Below are positions 47,728-55,174 of a stretch of DNA of 64,000 nucleotides, piece after piece. The stretch's first letter is position 1. Each line of letters begins with the position of its first letter. The position numbers and the translations under genes were made by a program. The stretch covers positions 40,149 through 104,148 of the IMG/VR virus record IMGVR_UViG_3300025889_000083. One strand, 5' to 3'. This stretch comes from a virus. Under the pieces are notes generated by a model. That model did not search any database. It saw nothing but the letters and a program-made list of their open reading frames with translations, and was not told the DNA's origin.

Positions 47728-48076
47728 ATATCAGGACAGGGCAGAAAGCAACGGACTGAAAAGGAAAGCAGACGCCTTCCACCCAATGAGCAAAGACTCT
47801 TAGAGAAACTCAAAGGCTAGGAAACGCGGAGAAGCTACCGAGTAAATACCGACTTTCTACCCCTACTGATACGGAGATTATATCACAGATATAATTATGA
47901 TAAAAATCAAATAACAAAAGTGATTTTGATCTAGGGGAAAGAATTGTTAATCCTCAACCCTAAATCGAAACGCTAGAAAGAAACGGAAACATTAACGGAA
48001 ACTTAATCTAGCAAACTCCTCTCCTTAAAGAGAGAAAAAAGGCAGAACAAGAAATTGAACTGCCTTTTTTTTTTTT
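47728..48076 (+). ncRNA. candidate GGA-rich sRNA (CsrB/RsmZ-like)
   Basis: TTGACG at 47695 with weak -10; no ORF; 9 GGA motifs incl. 4 ACGGA; terminator at 3' end. Confidence 0.5.
48035..48076 (+). terminator. intrinsic terminator (possibly bidirectional)
   Basis: AAAAAAGGCAG...CTGCC followed by 12 T. Confidence 0.8.
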
Positions 48077-48079
48077 GAT

Positions 48080-48099
48080 AAATGACAACGTTGTCATTT
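48080..48099. repeat. palindrome TGACAACGTTGTCA, copy 3
   Basis: AAATGACAACGTTGTCATTT. Confidence 0.9.
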
Positions 48100-48133
48100 T
48101 TAATCCTAAAAAAATCCGCTTTGGCTTTTTAAC

Positions 48134-48200
48134 TTGACTCACCCTAAAATTCATAAATGAATTTTAGGGTGTGTTTCGGTTTTTGTCAATACCTTTTTAA
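48134..48200 (-). repeat. ~65-bp direct repeat: promoter with -10 inside a 32-bp palindrome, copy 2
   Basis: Near-identical to 45813-45880. Confidence 0.9.
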
Positions 48201-48218
48201 AAAATATTTTTAAATGCG

Positions 48219-48237
48219 AATGAGAATCATTCTCATT
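48219..48237. promoter_or_regulatory. Fur-box-like palindrome
   Basis: AATGAGAATCATTCTCATT, a 9-1-9 inverted repeat matching the proteobacterial Fur pattern. Confidence 0.7.
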
Positions 48238-48274
48238 TGGAAAAATCAACTTTTGTCCACAGGGGCGCGCCTTC

Positions 48275-48353
48275 GGCGCCAAAGTGCAAAAGTGAAGTGC
48301 CAAAGTGATGGCGCTTGCGCCAAAGTGCGAAAGTGAAGTGCGAAAGTGAAGTC
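48275..48353 (+). repeat. AAGTG(C/A) short tandem repeat tract
   Basis: About eight AAGTG units in 80 bp; related tract at 48985-49042. Confidence 0.75.
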
Positions 48354-48413
48354 TTTCTGTGAGCTGGCGCGCGTGCCTGGCGGGGTCGCATAGTCTTTTT
48401 TTTTTATTGGCAC

Positions 48414-48445
48414 TTATCCACAGGTTATCCACAGACTTATCCACA
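48414..48445 (+). promoter_or_regulatory. three tandem DnaA boxes
   Basis: TTATCCACA at 48414, 48425, 48437. Confidence 0.85.
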
Positions 48446-48536
48446 GGCAAAAATATGCGGGTGCTTCCCGCCCACTACCACCCTGATATGATAGCACACA
48501 ATTTTCTTTTTGTCAATAGCTTTTTTTAAAAATAAA

Positions 48537-48558
48537 AAAGCCGACATAAGTCGGCTTT
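48537..48558 (-). terminator. intrinsic terminator
   Basis: AAAGCCGAC-TTAT-GTCGGCTTT followed by T tract on minus strand. Confidence 0.75.
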
Positions 48559-48572
48559 AATTCACGCCAAAT

Positions 48573-48716
48573 TTACTTGGCGTTTAGAATGGCGACGATT
48601 GTCGCTTTGTTGGCTCGCTCTAAGCTAGAGAGAGCTAATCTTGGTAAACGGAACTTTTGTTCCACTTGGCGAACCAAAGCATCTTTGGTTATTTCAACTT
48701 TTGTTTCTTTTGTCAT
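48573..48716 (-). CDS. mini protein resembling C-terminal half of A2-like proteins (47 aa)
   Basis: Not in ORF track; own promoter, AAGGAG RBS and terminator; MTKETKVEITKDALVRQVE...SSLERANKATIVAILNAK. Confidence 0.7.
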   Translation of the reverse strand: MTKETKVEITKDALVRQVEQKFRLPRLALSSLERANKATIVAILNAK

Positions 48717-48947
48717 AATTATCTCCTTACTGAATACATACTATTATACTGAAACTTTTGTCCCATTCAAGAGATATTTTAAATTTTTTTAACTTTTTTC
48801 AGCCCGCCACCAGCTTGACTTTGCGAGGCGACAATTTTGCCCGAATTCAGCGAAGAATGGGGAAATATAGCGAGAACCGCATAGCGGCGGGGTTTTTCGC
48901 GGGGTTGGGCTGGCAGGTGAAAAGCAAGCACAGCCTGCGTTAGCGTG

Positions 48948-48965
48948 ATAGTAAGCACTTACTAT
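48948..48965. promoter_or_regulatory. SlmA-binding-site-like palindrome
   Basis: ATA-GTAAGCACTTAC-TAT; core resembles SBS consensus GTGAGTACTCAC. Confidence 0.5.
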
Positions 48966-49247
48966 TCGCACACGCTCTGCACCGAAGAAAGTGCAAATTC
49001 GAAGTGCAAAAGTGATGCGCGCGCGAGCGCGCTAGTGCAAAAACGATTTAAGTAGTCTTTCTAGCAAACCTCATTATATCACGGCTTTTGCGGGGTTGTC
49101 AAGAAATTTTTTGCGTTTTTTGGAGATTTGCGAAGCACCCGCTCAGGTTTCGTACGCCCGCCCCCGAAATAAAAGTGCGTTCCACCTCCAATTAAAAAAG
49201 TTAAAGTAATTGTTGACTTGGCGGATCACTTTTTATATAATATTCTC

Positions 49248-49412
49248 ATGAAAAAAAGAATGAATATATCAAAATACTTGGCGAATGTGGCACAAAGTTC
49301 ACGGCACAAGTCAAATATGTTCGAACACACATGGTGGCAAGACAACAAATATTGGATCGTGCATCCGTTTTGGGGGATTGTTGCCGCAATAATCTGGGCG
49401 TATAGTGCGTAG
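49248..49412 (+). CDS. small protein with C-terminal TM helix
   Basis: ATG 6 nt after TTGACT-N17-TATAAT. Confidence 0.55.
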   Translation: MKKRMNISKYLANVAQSSRHKSNMFEHTWWQDNKYWIVHPFWGIVAAIIWAYSA

Positions 49413-49593
49413 ACATCTGAGAACGATTGCGATTAACGAAGCCGCTCACGATTATATAGAGCGTATGGAAGTTTATTACTCCCATAATGCAGGTGGAATA
49501 GAGGCAGGCGTGCAAGCACTTGTAAATGAGTGCAACCTTGACGAAAACGAGGCACGCCGACTTGCCGAACTCTTTGAAAAAAATTCAAAGTAG
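49405..49593 (+). CDS. hypothetical protein
   Basis: Coupled ORF. Confidence 0.5.
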   Translation: MRRHLRTIAINEAAHDYIERMEVYYSHNAGGIEAGVQALVNECNLDENEARRLAELFEKNSK

Positions 49594-49634
49594 TTCTTGA
49601 CAAGCCACCAAAAAACCTCTATAATATACTTATT

Positions 49635-49997
49635 ATGAAATGGTTAATAAATAAAATTTTTGGGAGAAATAAAACAATCATGGCAACAACTAATTACACA
49701 GACGAAATGGTATCATCAATGGTTTCAGCTTACGAGGCTAACCCATCAAGAGATACAGTAGATTCTCTAGCTTCACAATTTGGCAAGACTACTAGAAGTA
49801 TCATTGCTAAACTCAGCAGAGAAGGCGTATACCAAGCTCAACCAAGACTAACAAAGTCAGGCGAGCCAGTGGTTAGCAAAACAGAGTTAGTTTCTCAGAT
49901 CACCACTTTAACAGGTATCGAGTTCACTAACCTAGCTAAAGCAGGTAAGTCAGACTTACAAGCTCTAGTAGACTTCTTTACTGCCGAACAGCAGTAA
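49635..49997 (+). CDS. T5 A2/D3-like DNA-binding protein
   Basis: NYTDEM...LA..FGKT.RSIIAKLSREGVY...K.ELV..I...L.KA.K..L; own consensus promoter; start may be 49680. Confidence 0.7.
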   Translation: MKWLINKIFGRNKTIMATTNYTDEMVSSMVSAYEANPSRDTVDSLASQFGKTTRSIIAKLSREGVYQAQPRLTKSGEPVVSKTELVSQITTLTGIEFTNLAKAGKSDLQALVDFFTAEQQ

Positions 49998-50070
49998 GCA
50001 TAAGACCTCCTTATGAATAGTGTGGTGGGCACTTTAACCCACCAAGTCAGAAAATACTTCAAAGTTTTTC

Positions 50071-50099
50071 TTGACAAAAGGTTAAATTTCATTTATAAT
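50071..50099 (+). promoter_or_regulatory. consensus sigma70 promoter (tandem copy A)
   Basis: TTGACA-N17-TATAAT followed by ATACTTATATTTGAGA. Confidence 0.85.
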
Positions 50100-50231
50100 A
50101 TACTTATATTTGAGATTGAGAAAGATCAAAATTTCTCAAACGCAGGGTTGCTCAGTTCAAGGAAGAGCATTAAAGGATAATTCCTCAACAACGCCCAAAG
50201 CTACCTCCAAGAAAATACATCAAAATTTTTC

Positions 50232-50260
50232 TTGACAAGAGGTTAGACTTCGGATATAAT
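50232..50260 (+). promoter_or_regulatory. consensus sigma70 promoter (tandem copy B)
   Basis: TTGACA-N17-TATAAT followed by the same ATACTTATATTTGAGA. Confidence 0.85.
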
Positions 50261-50265
50261 ATACT

Positions 50266-51426
50266 TATATTTGAGAAGAAACAAGTTCTCGAATGACTTT
50301 TCGGAAAATGAGTTAATCTCTCTGTGAGTCGGACTTGTTTGCCTACCACTCAGGCGAAAGAAGTGGCGTAGTGTGAAATTCCGACAAAAGTTCACCCCAA
50401 TGGCTAACGGGTTAATACGCTCCTCATGATCGGGCAATAGAGGTTAATATTGCGACCCGTGATGTTCAGTAATCGTTATAGGACTGTTCCCCCTGCTCAT
50501 TAGGTGGTTATCAGAATGAGTACTTCGTGTGCGAGTATTGAAGGACACACCGAGTATATACGCTCGTCGATAGTATATCAGAACACCTGCTCTGAGATGC
50601 AGGTCAGATGCTCGGCATTTTATGCAGCGTTTTTCCAGAGAACTGTAGACTGTAGGAAAAACAGCACTCTTAAAAGAGTTTGCCCTAGTGGGTAATAGGA
50701 AAAAATAAATGTATCAGCTTCGGCGGTAAAATAATCCTTCCACAAATGCAGGCTCTTTTAAGAGTAAAACTCTTAGGCACTAACAGTTTCGGCTGTGAAT
50801 ACCTAGCCCACATTGCCTTAACGCAAGTAGTAGGACGAAGTAAGTGCCGCCCACATGTTGGCGTTATCTAAGTGCAAGTTTGACATTGTAAGCACTTGAC
50901 CTAAGTATGCAAATACAGGAACGAGCCAATGTCCTTGTGGTAAAAAACACGCTACTGGCAATGCCAACCGATACCTGAGAAGATCTATGGGTTGGCTCTC
51001 ACAAGGTGGAAACGCTGATGATGAGTAGCTATCTTCTCTTAGTAGCAACATGCAACGAAAGTGCCTATACGAGCAATGGGTGGACGAAGTAGTTCAGAGG
51101 ACGAGGCGAGATTCAGCTTTAGCTGTCAACCCCATCAAGTAATGTGAGTCCAGCGAAAAAACACCCTAATGACGGCACAGTTTATGGAACATGGGTGCTT
51201 GCAACCCCACGACCAAAAGTCGACTATAATATGAGTGAAATACTGTAGCAAATGCGAAACACGACTCTGACAGTGATAAAACAACGGGCATATTTTTTTA
51301 GACATTCAGTTTTACATAGCCTAAATAAAAACTAATCAAAATCAAAAAACGCGGTTTGAACCCTATGATGGAAAAGAAGTGTGAGTTGACGGACAACATC
51401 ACTCCCCTGCCTCATAGGGTTTTTTG
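50266..51426 (+). ncRNA. candidate large structured non-coding RNA (~1.15 kb)
   Basis: Consensus promoter, no credible ORF, more than 10 nested helices with plus-strand G-U pairs, UUCG loops, terminal CCCTATGA/TCATAGGG stem + U tract. Confidence 0.7.
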
Positions 51427-51478
51427 TTTTCCCTAAGATATTCACATCAAAATTTTCACCCCACATCTAAAAAATTTC

Positions 51479-51507
51479 TTGACAAAATTCCTTAACTCCT
51501 GTATAAT
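51479..51507 (+). promoter_or_regulatory. consensus early promoter
   Basis: TTGACA-N17-TATAAT upstream of AAGGAG RBS. Confidence 0.85.
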
Positions 51508-51531
51508 ATTACTTATATTAAGGAGAAAAAT

Positions 51532-51732
51532 ATGAACTTAAATATTATGCGAAAAGATACCATAGAGCTATTAGCACATCAGTATGATGTCGGTGCTTAT
51601 GGGCGTGCCTGCAGAAAAGAACTTCGTAGGCGAAAAAATATAGGTTTCTGGCTAGGTCCGATTGTATCACCTGTCAAAATGAAAGAAGAACGCGAGTCCA
51701 CAGTAGGAACTGTTAGGGTGGTGCGTAAGTGA
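51532..51732 (+). CDS. hypothetical protein
   Basis: AAGGAG RBS. Confidence 0.6.
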   Translation: MNLNIMRKDTIELLAHQYDVGAYGRACRKELRRRKNIGFWLGPIVSPVKMKEERESTVGTVRVVRK

Positions 51733-52067
51733 TTACAGGCGAAGAAATCAAAAACGGCAAAGTAGATGTTCAACACCAACATGTGTTTATATCATTTAGC
51801 GTAGAAGATATACGCTATGAGTTGGACTATTGTGCGAGTTTTGACAAAGACTATGGTGGTGAAGATTATATAGGCGACCACGATGTATTAGTATCAGATC
51901 TATGGATACAAGATGCAATCTTAGAAGTATGCGATACATTTGATTATGATTATCACTCATGGTGCAATATGCGTGATCAGATCGTAGAGATTATCGAAGA
52001 CAAAGTACAATCAGAGTATAAAACTGATGTTAATGCAATAACAGGCGTTTTAACAAACAGGAGGTAA
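51729..52067 (+). CDS. hypothetical acidic protein
   Basis: GTGA overlap. Confidence 0.55.
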   Translation: MITGEEIKNGKVDVQHQHVFISFSVEDIRYELDYCASFDKDYGGEDYIGDHDVLVSDLWIQDAILEVCDTFDYDYHSWCNMRDQIVEIIEDKVQSEYKTDVNAITGVLTNRR

Positions 52068-52069
52068 AG

Positions 52070-52294
52070 ATGCCAGCTAAATACAGAGAAAGTGAAAGGA
52101 CTAACTTCAGAAAAAGAGGCGGTCCGAACATAAAAGCTAAACAGTATAAACACTTTTATTTAAAGTGTGCGACTAAAGAAGCACTCTTTGAGGAGATCAA
52201 CAGATATGGTGTAAAACCGAAGATCAAACAAAAGTGCGTAAACGAATTAATTCGTAGGGGAGTAAAGATAGTATGGACTACACCACAACAGTAA
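52070..52294 (+). CDS. hypothetical basic protein
   Basis: AGGAGG RBS; K.KQKC.NEL.RRG. Confidence 0.6.
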   Translation: MPAKYRESERTNFRKRGGPNIKAKQYKHFYLKCATKEALFEEINRYGVKPKIKQKCVNELIRRGVKIVWTTPQQ

Positions 52295-52343
52295 TAGTGG
52301 CAATGTTCTTAATTTACTTATATTTTAACAATACACCGAGAAC

Positions 52344-52574
52344 TTGATGGCAGATATAATTAATTTTCCAACAAAGACAGAAGCAGTGCAACTTCGAGAG
52401 GACATGCGTAAACTCGAAGAAGAAATCAAAGTACAGTTAGATTTATTACAAGATATCAACGATAGAGTGGTAGATCTAACAGTTGATTACGAAGATATGT
52501 TAGCCAGACTCTGTAAAATCACAGGAGTGCATCTGCCACCAGAACTCGATTTTGAACCAGATTTTGATATATGA
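52344..52574 (+). CDS. hypothetical coiled-coil protein
   Basis: ADIINFP start; heptad pattern. Confidence 0.55.
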   Translation: MMADIINFPTKTEAVQLREDMRKLEEEIKVQLDLLQDINDRVVDLTVDYEDMLARLCKITGVHLPPELDFEPDFDI

Positions 52575-52762
52575 TATGTAATGAGTGCGGGGACGACTAT
52601 CCAATAGAAAGAGCTAAGCTTGGCTACATCACTTGCCTAGATTGTGGTGAGAAAGTAGCAAGTCGACTAGCTGAGAAACGAAAGAAACAAGTAGGTATTG
52701 CATACAACAAAGGTGCATACCAGTACATAACCGAAGGAGATTTAAAGTGGTTAGGCAGATAA
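52571..52762 (+). CDS. DksA/TraR-type C4 zinc finger protein
   Basis: CNECGD..P.ER..LG...CLDC. Confidence 0.7.
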   Translation: MICNECGDDYPIERAKLGYITCLDCGEKVASRLAEKRKKQVGIAYNKGAYQYITEGDLKWLGR

Positions 52763-52968
52763 ATGTAGAAACTATACGAACAGCTCTAAGCAGTATAAAT
52801 TATATGCAAGAGTTGAATAATGAGCGTGGTGAAAACAATTTTCGTATGGAAACAATCCACGCTGCAACAAGAAAGATTTTAGGTGAGATCATGGATTGCT
52901 ATGATCTTGGAGATTTTAACAAATTATACCCGAAAGGATTAGCTTTCGAAGGAGAACAAAGTGATTAA
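52747..52968 (+). CDS. hypothetical protein
   Basis: Coupled ORF. Confidence 0.5.
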   Translation: MVRQINVETIRTALSSINYMQELNNERGENNFRMETIHAATRKILGEIMDCYDLGDFNKLYPKGLAFEGEQSD

Positions 52969-53392
52969 TGATTATGCAAAATTTGTGGATATGACTACTT
53001 CTCCACAAAGTAAAGACCATTTAGCTTTTGAAAAGCAATGGAATTGGATGATGCGCAGTGGTAGTCAACAAGGAGTAGGTACTCCTATTGAGTGGACAAT
53101 CAATATGCCTAGACTACTAACAAGTGTAGTAGGAATGATGGCTGAGAGTGGTGAATTTGCCGAAGTAGTAAAAAAGAAATTATTTCAAAGTGAGAAACAG
53201 TTTGATGATGACGAGATTTTTCACTTAAAAAGAGAATTAGGCGATGTCTTATGGTATTGGGTGCAAGGTTGTATAGCCTTAGGTTTCAAGCCAGAAGATG
53301 TCATACAAGAAAATATTAAAAAGCTAGAAAAGAGATACCCAAACGGCTTTGAAACAATTAGAAGCGAGGTAAGACAAGATGGAGATATCTAG
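52961..53392 (+). CDS. mazG: MazG-like nucleotide pyrophosphohydrolase
   Basis: GMMAESGEFAEVVKK; ELGDVLWY; NIKKLEKRYP. Confidence 0.88.
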   Translation: MINDYAKFVDMTTSPQSKDHLAFEKQWNWMMRSGSQQGVGTPIEWTINMPRLLTSVVGMMAESGEFAEVVKKKLFQSEKQFDDDEIFHLKRELGDVLWYWVQGCIALGFKPEDVIQENIKKLEKRYPNGFETIRSEVRQDGDI

Positions 53393-53454
53393 TATATTTT
53401 TATGGGTTGTGGTTGCTGTTGTGCTAGGTTTTGTAATACAAAAGGTGGTGGATA

Positions 53455-54102
53455 ATGGCTAATCATGTATATTTTAATGTAGATTTTGTTGGAGTTAGTG
53501 AAGAACTTTGGAACAAAACATTAATCAGTGAGCCTGTAACTAAAAAAGGTTGGGACGATAGTAATTATACTATTAATGAACTTAAAGAGTTGCATAAGTT
53601 GCCATTCTTTGATCATATTGAAAAAGAGTATGAAGATGGTGATTGGCTAAAAGACAGCTATGACTTCTATGTGAACAACATAGGTGCAAAGTGGTGTAAT
53701 ATTGATAGTTGGGAAGAAACCTCTCTAACAGGATATAGTGCATGGTCACCTCCTATAGAGCTAGTGCGAAATATGGTTAAATACTTTCAAGAACATAGTG
53801 TAGAAGCGATTAGTGCTAGAATAACTTACGAAGATGAGTTTAGAAACTTTATAGGTATAAATGAGTTCTATACTGAATTTGATGGAGAAGTTATTGTGCA
53901 TGATGATGAAAACTATATTGACTGTGAAGAACTTCAGGACATGCTTAATTTCAGACTATCTGAACTTACAGGACAAGATATAGATGTATCTGAAAGAGAA
54001 ATGGATGACGAGATACCTACACTTAGTGGTGGAGTTGTTGTTCCTCAAGAGTTTGCAGACGATATGGTTTATAACTTTTGGGAAACAGGAGATCTAACAT
54101 GA
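53455..54102 (+). CDS. acidic protein, YubB/DUF1281 ferredoxin-like fold
   Basis: MANHV; NNIGAKW; SAWSPP; YEDE. Confidence 0.6.
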   Translation: MANHVYFNVDFVGVSEELWNKTLISEPVTKKGWDDSNYTINELKELHKLPFFDHIEKEYEDGDWLKDSYDFYVNNIGAKWCNIDSWEETSLTGYSAWSPPIELVRNMVKYFQEHSVEAISARITYEDEFRNFIGINEFYTEFDGEVIVHDDENYIDCEELQDMLNFRLSELTGQDIDVSEREMDDEIPTLSGGVVVPQEFADDMVYNFWETGDLT

Positions 54103-54162
54103 GTGATGCACCATTACTCATCATAGGTTATATGGCATTAGCAAGTTATATAGGATTATTAT

Positions 54163-54396
54163 ATGGGACAGTATAAGGAATTAGTAGAAAAACAAAAACT
54201 ACTACTAGAAGCAGAGAAGTGGGCAAAAGGTGTTAAGTATATTCTAGGTGATCAAGACACATTTAAAGTAGAATATAATGATGGCAGTGCTGAAATAACA
54301 ACCTCTGCAGGAACAGTGTATAGAGATGCGGAACTCAGTTTAGAGGATTGCATAATAAGAATGAAGGAGTTAAAAGCAGATGCCCAGCAAAGATGA
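54163..54396 (+). CDS. hypothetical protein
   Basis: AGGA RBS. Confidence 0.5.
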   Translation: MGQYKELVEKQKLLLEAEKWAKGVKYILGDQDTFKVEYNDGSAEITTSAGTVYRDAELSLEDCIIRMKELKADAQQR

Positions 54397-54521
54397 ACTC
54401 GAAATGGAACTAGAGTGGATTGAAATGAAACAGAAGTATGGCAGAGAAGAAGCAATCTATGTCTGTGCTGATCTGTGGAGTAAATCCACTTTTGAAGTAG
54501 AACAATTAATAAGGAAATGGA

Positions 54522-54896
54522 ATGGCAAGTAACTATACAGAGGCTCAGGTAACAGAAATGGTTGCTAGATATACCGAGAAACCTGATAGAGAAACAGTAG
54601 AAAATCTAGCAAAAGAACTCAATAAGAGTATAAAATCGGTGATAGGTAAACTTTCAAGAGAAGGAGTCTATCAAAAGACTGAGTATCTTACCAAATCAGG
54701 TGAGAAACCAGTAACAAAACTAGAATTAGTAAGTGCGTTAGGTGATGTATTAGATATACCCGATCAATGGCTAGAAGGCTTAGAGAAAGCACCAAAACCA
54801 GTACTCAAGAGAATAGTTGACATGCTTGAAGAAGCTCAGGCAAATTATGAAAACAATGAAGAAGGACTACAATTATACTACAAGGAAAACATATGA
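54522..54896 (+). CDS. T5 A2/D3-like DNA-binding protein, second copy
   Basis: NYTEAQ...KSVIGKLSREGVYQ...TKSGEKPVTKLELV; clear paralog of 49635-49997. Confidence 0.7.
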   Translation: MASNYTEAQVTEMVARYTEKPDRETVENLAKELNKSIKSVIGKLSREGVYQKTEYLTKSGEKPVTKLELVSALGDVLDIPDQWLEGLEKAPKPVLKRIVDMLEEAQANYENNEEGLQLYYKENI

Positions 54897-55174
54897 TTAT
54901 AAAAACAATAGGCGGTTTTAAGACTAGAGCAAGAAAATTCAATTATCATGTTGGAATGAAGTTACCAGATGCTAGAGAAATCACTTCTATAGAACACGCT
55001 CTAATAACAAGAACAGTTACTAGAGAAAGTGAGAAGTATCGAGTTGGTGATAAATTTCTAAAAATTACCTACAGAAATAGTAGGCTAATGATGGTTGAAT
55101 TGAATGACGGAACACTATTAACAAGTGAAGAACTAAGGAAATTAATAAATGACACGCGTAGCAAAACTAACTGA
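54893..55174 (+). CDS. hypothetical protein
   Basis: ATGA overlap. Confidence 0.5.
   Translation: MIIKTIGGFKTRARKFNYHVGMKLPDAREITSIEHALITRTVTRESEKYRVGDKFLKITYRNSRLMMVELNDGTLLTSEELRKLINDTRSKTN

Noticed and set aside
45813-48450. Repeats as a possible CRISPR array
   Set aside because: No regular repeat-spacer periodicity and no cas genes
47483-48971. ORFs 47483-47782, 48151-48450, 48577-48792, 48758-48943 and 48789-48971
   Set aside because: They translate through DnaA boxes, promoters and repeats; 48577(+) is the shadow of the RBS-led minus-strand gene
48275-49180. AAGTGC repeats as Pasteurellaceae uptake sequences
   Set aside because: None match the full AAGTGCGGT core and they are clustered rather than dispersed
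50243-51051. ORFs 50243-50437(-), 50504-50695(+) and 50818-51051(-)
   Set aside because: No RBS, atypical composition, and they cut across the predicted RNA helices
51085-51155. GTTCAGAGGAC...GAGTCC resembling group I intron R/S elements
   Set aside because: Only a loose match; no recognisable P/Q elements, flanking exons or homing endonuclease; needs cmscan to exclude fully
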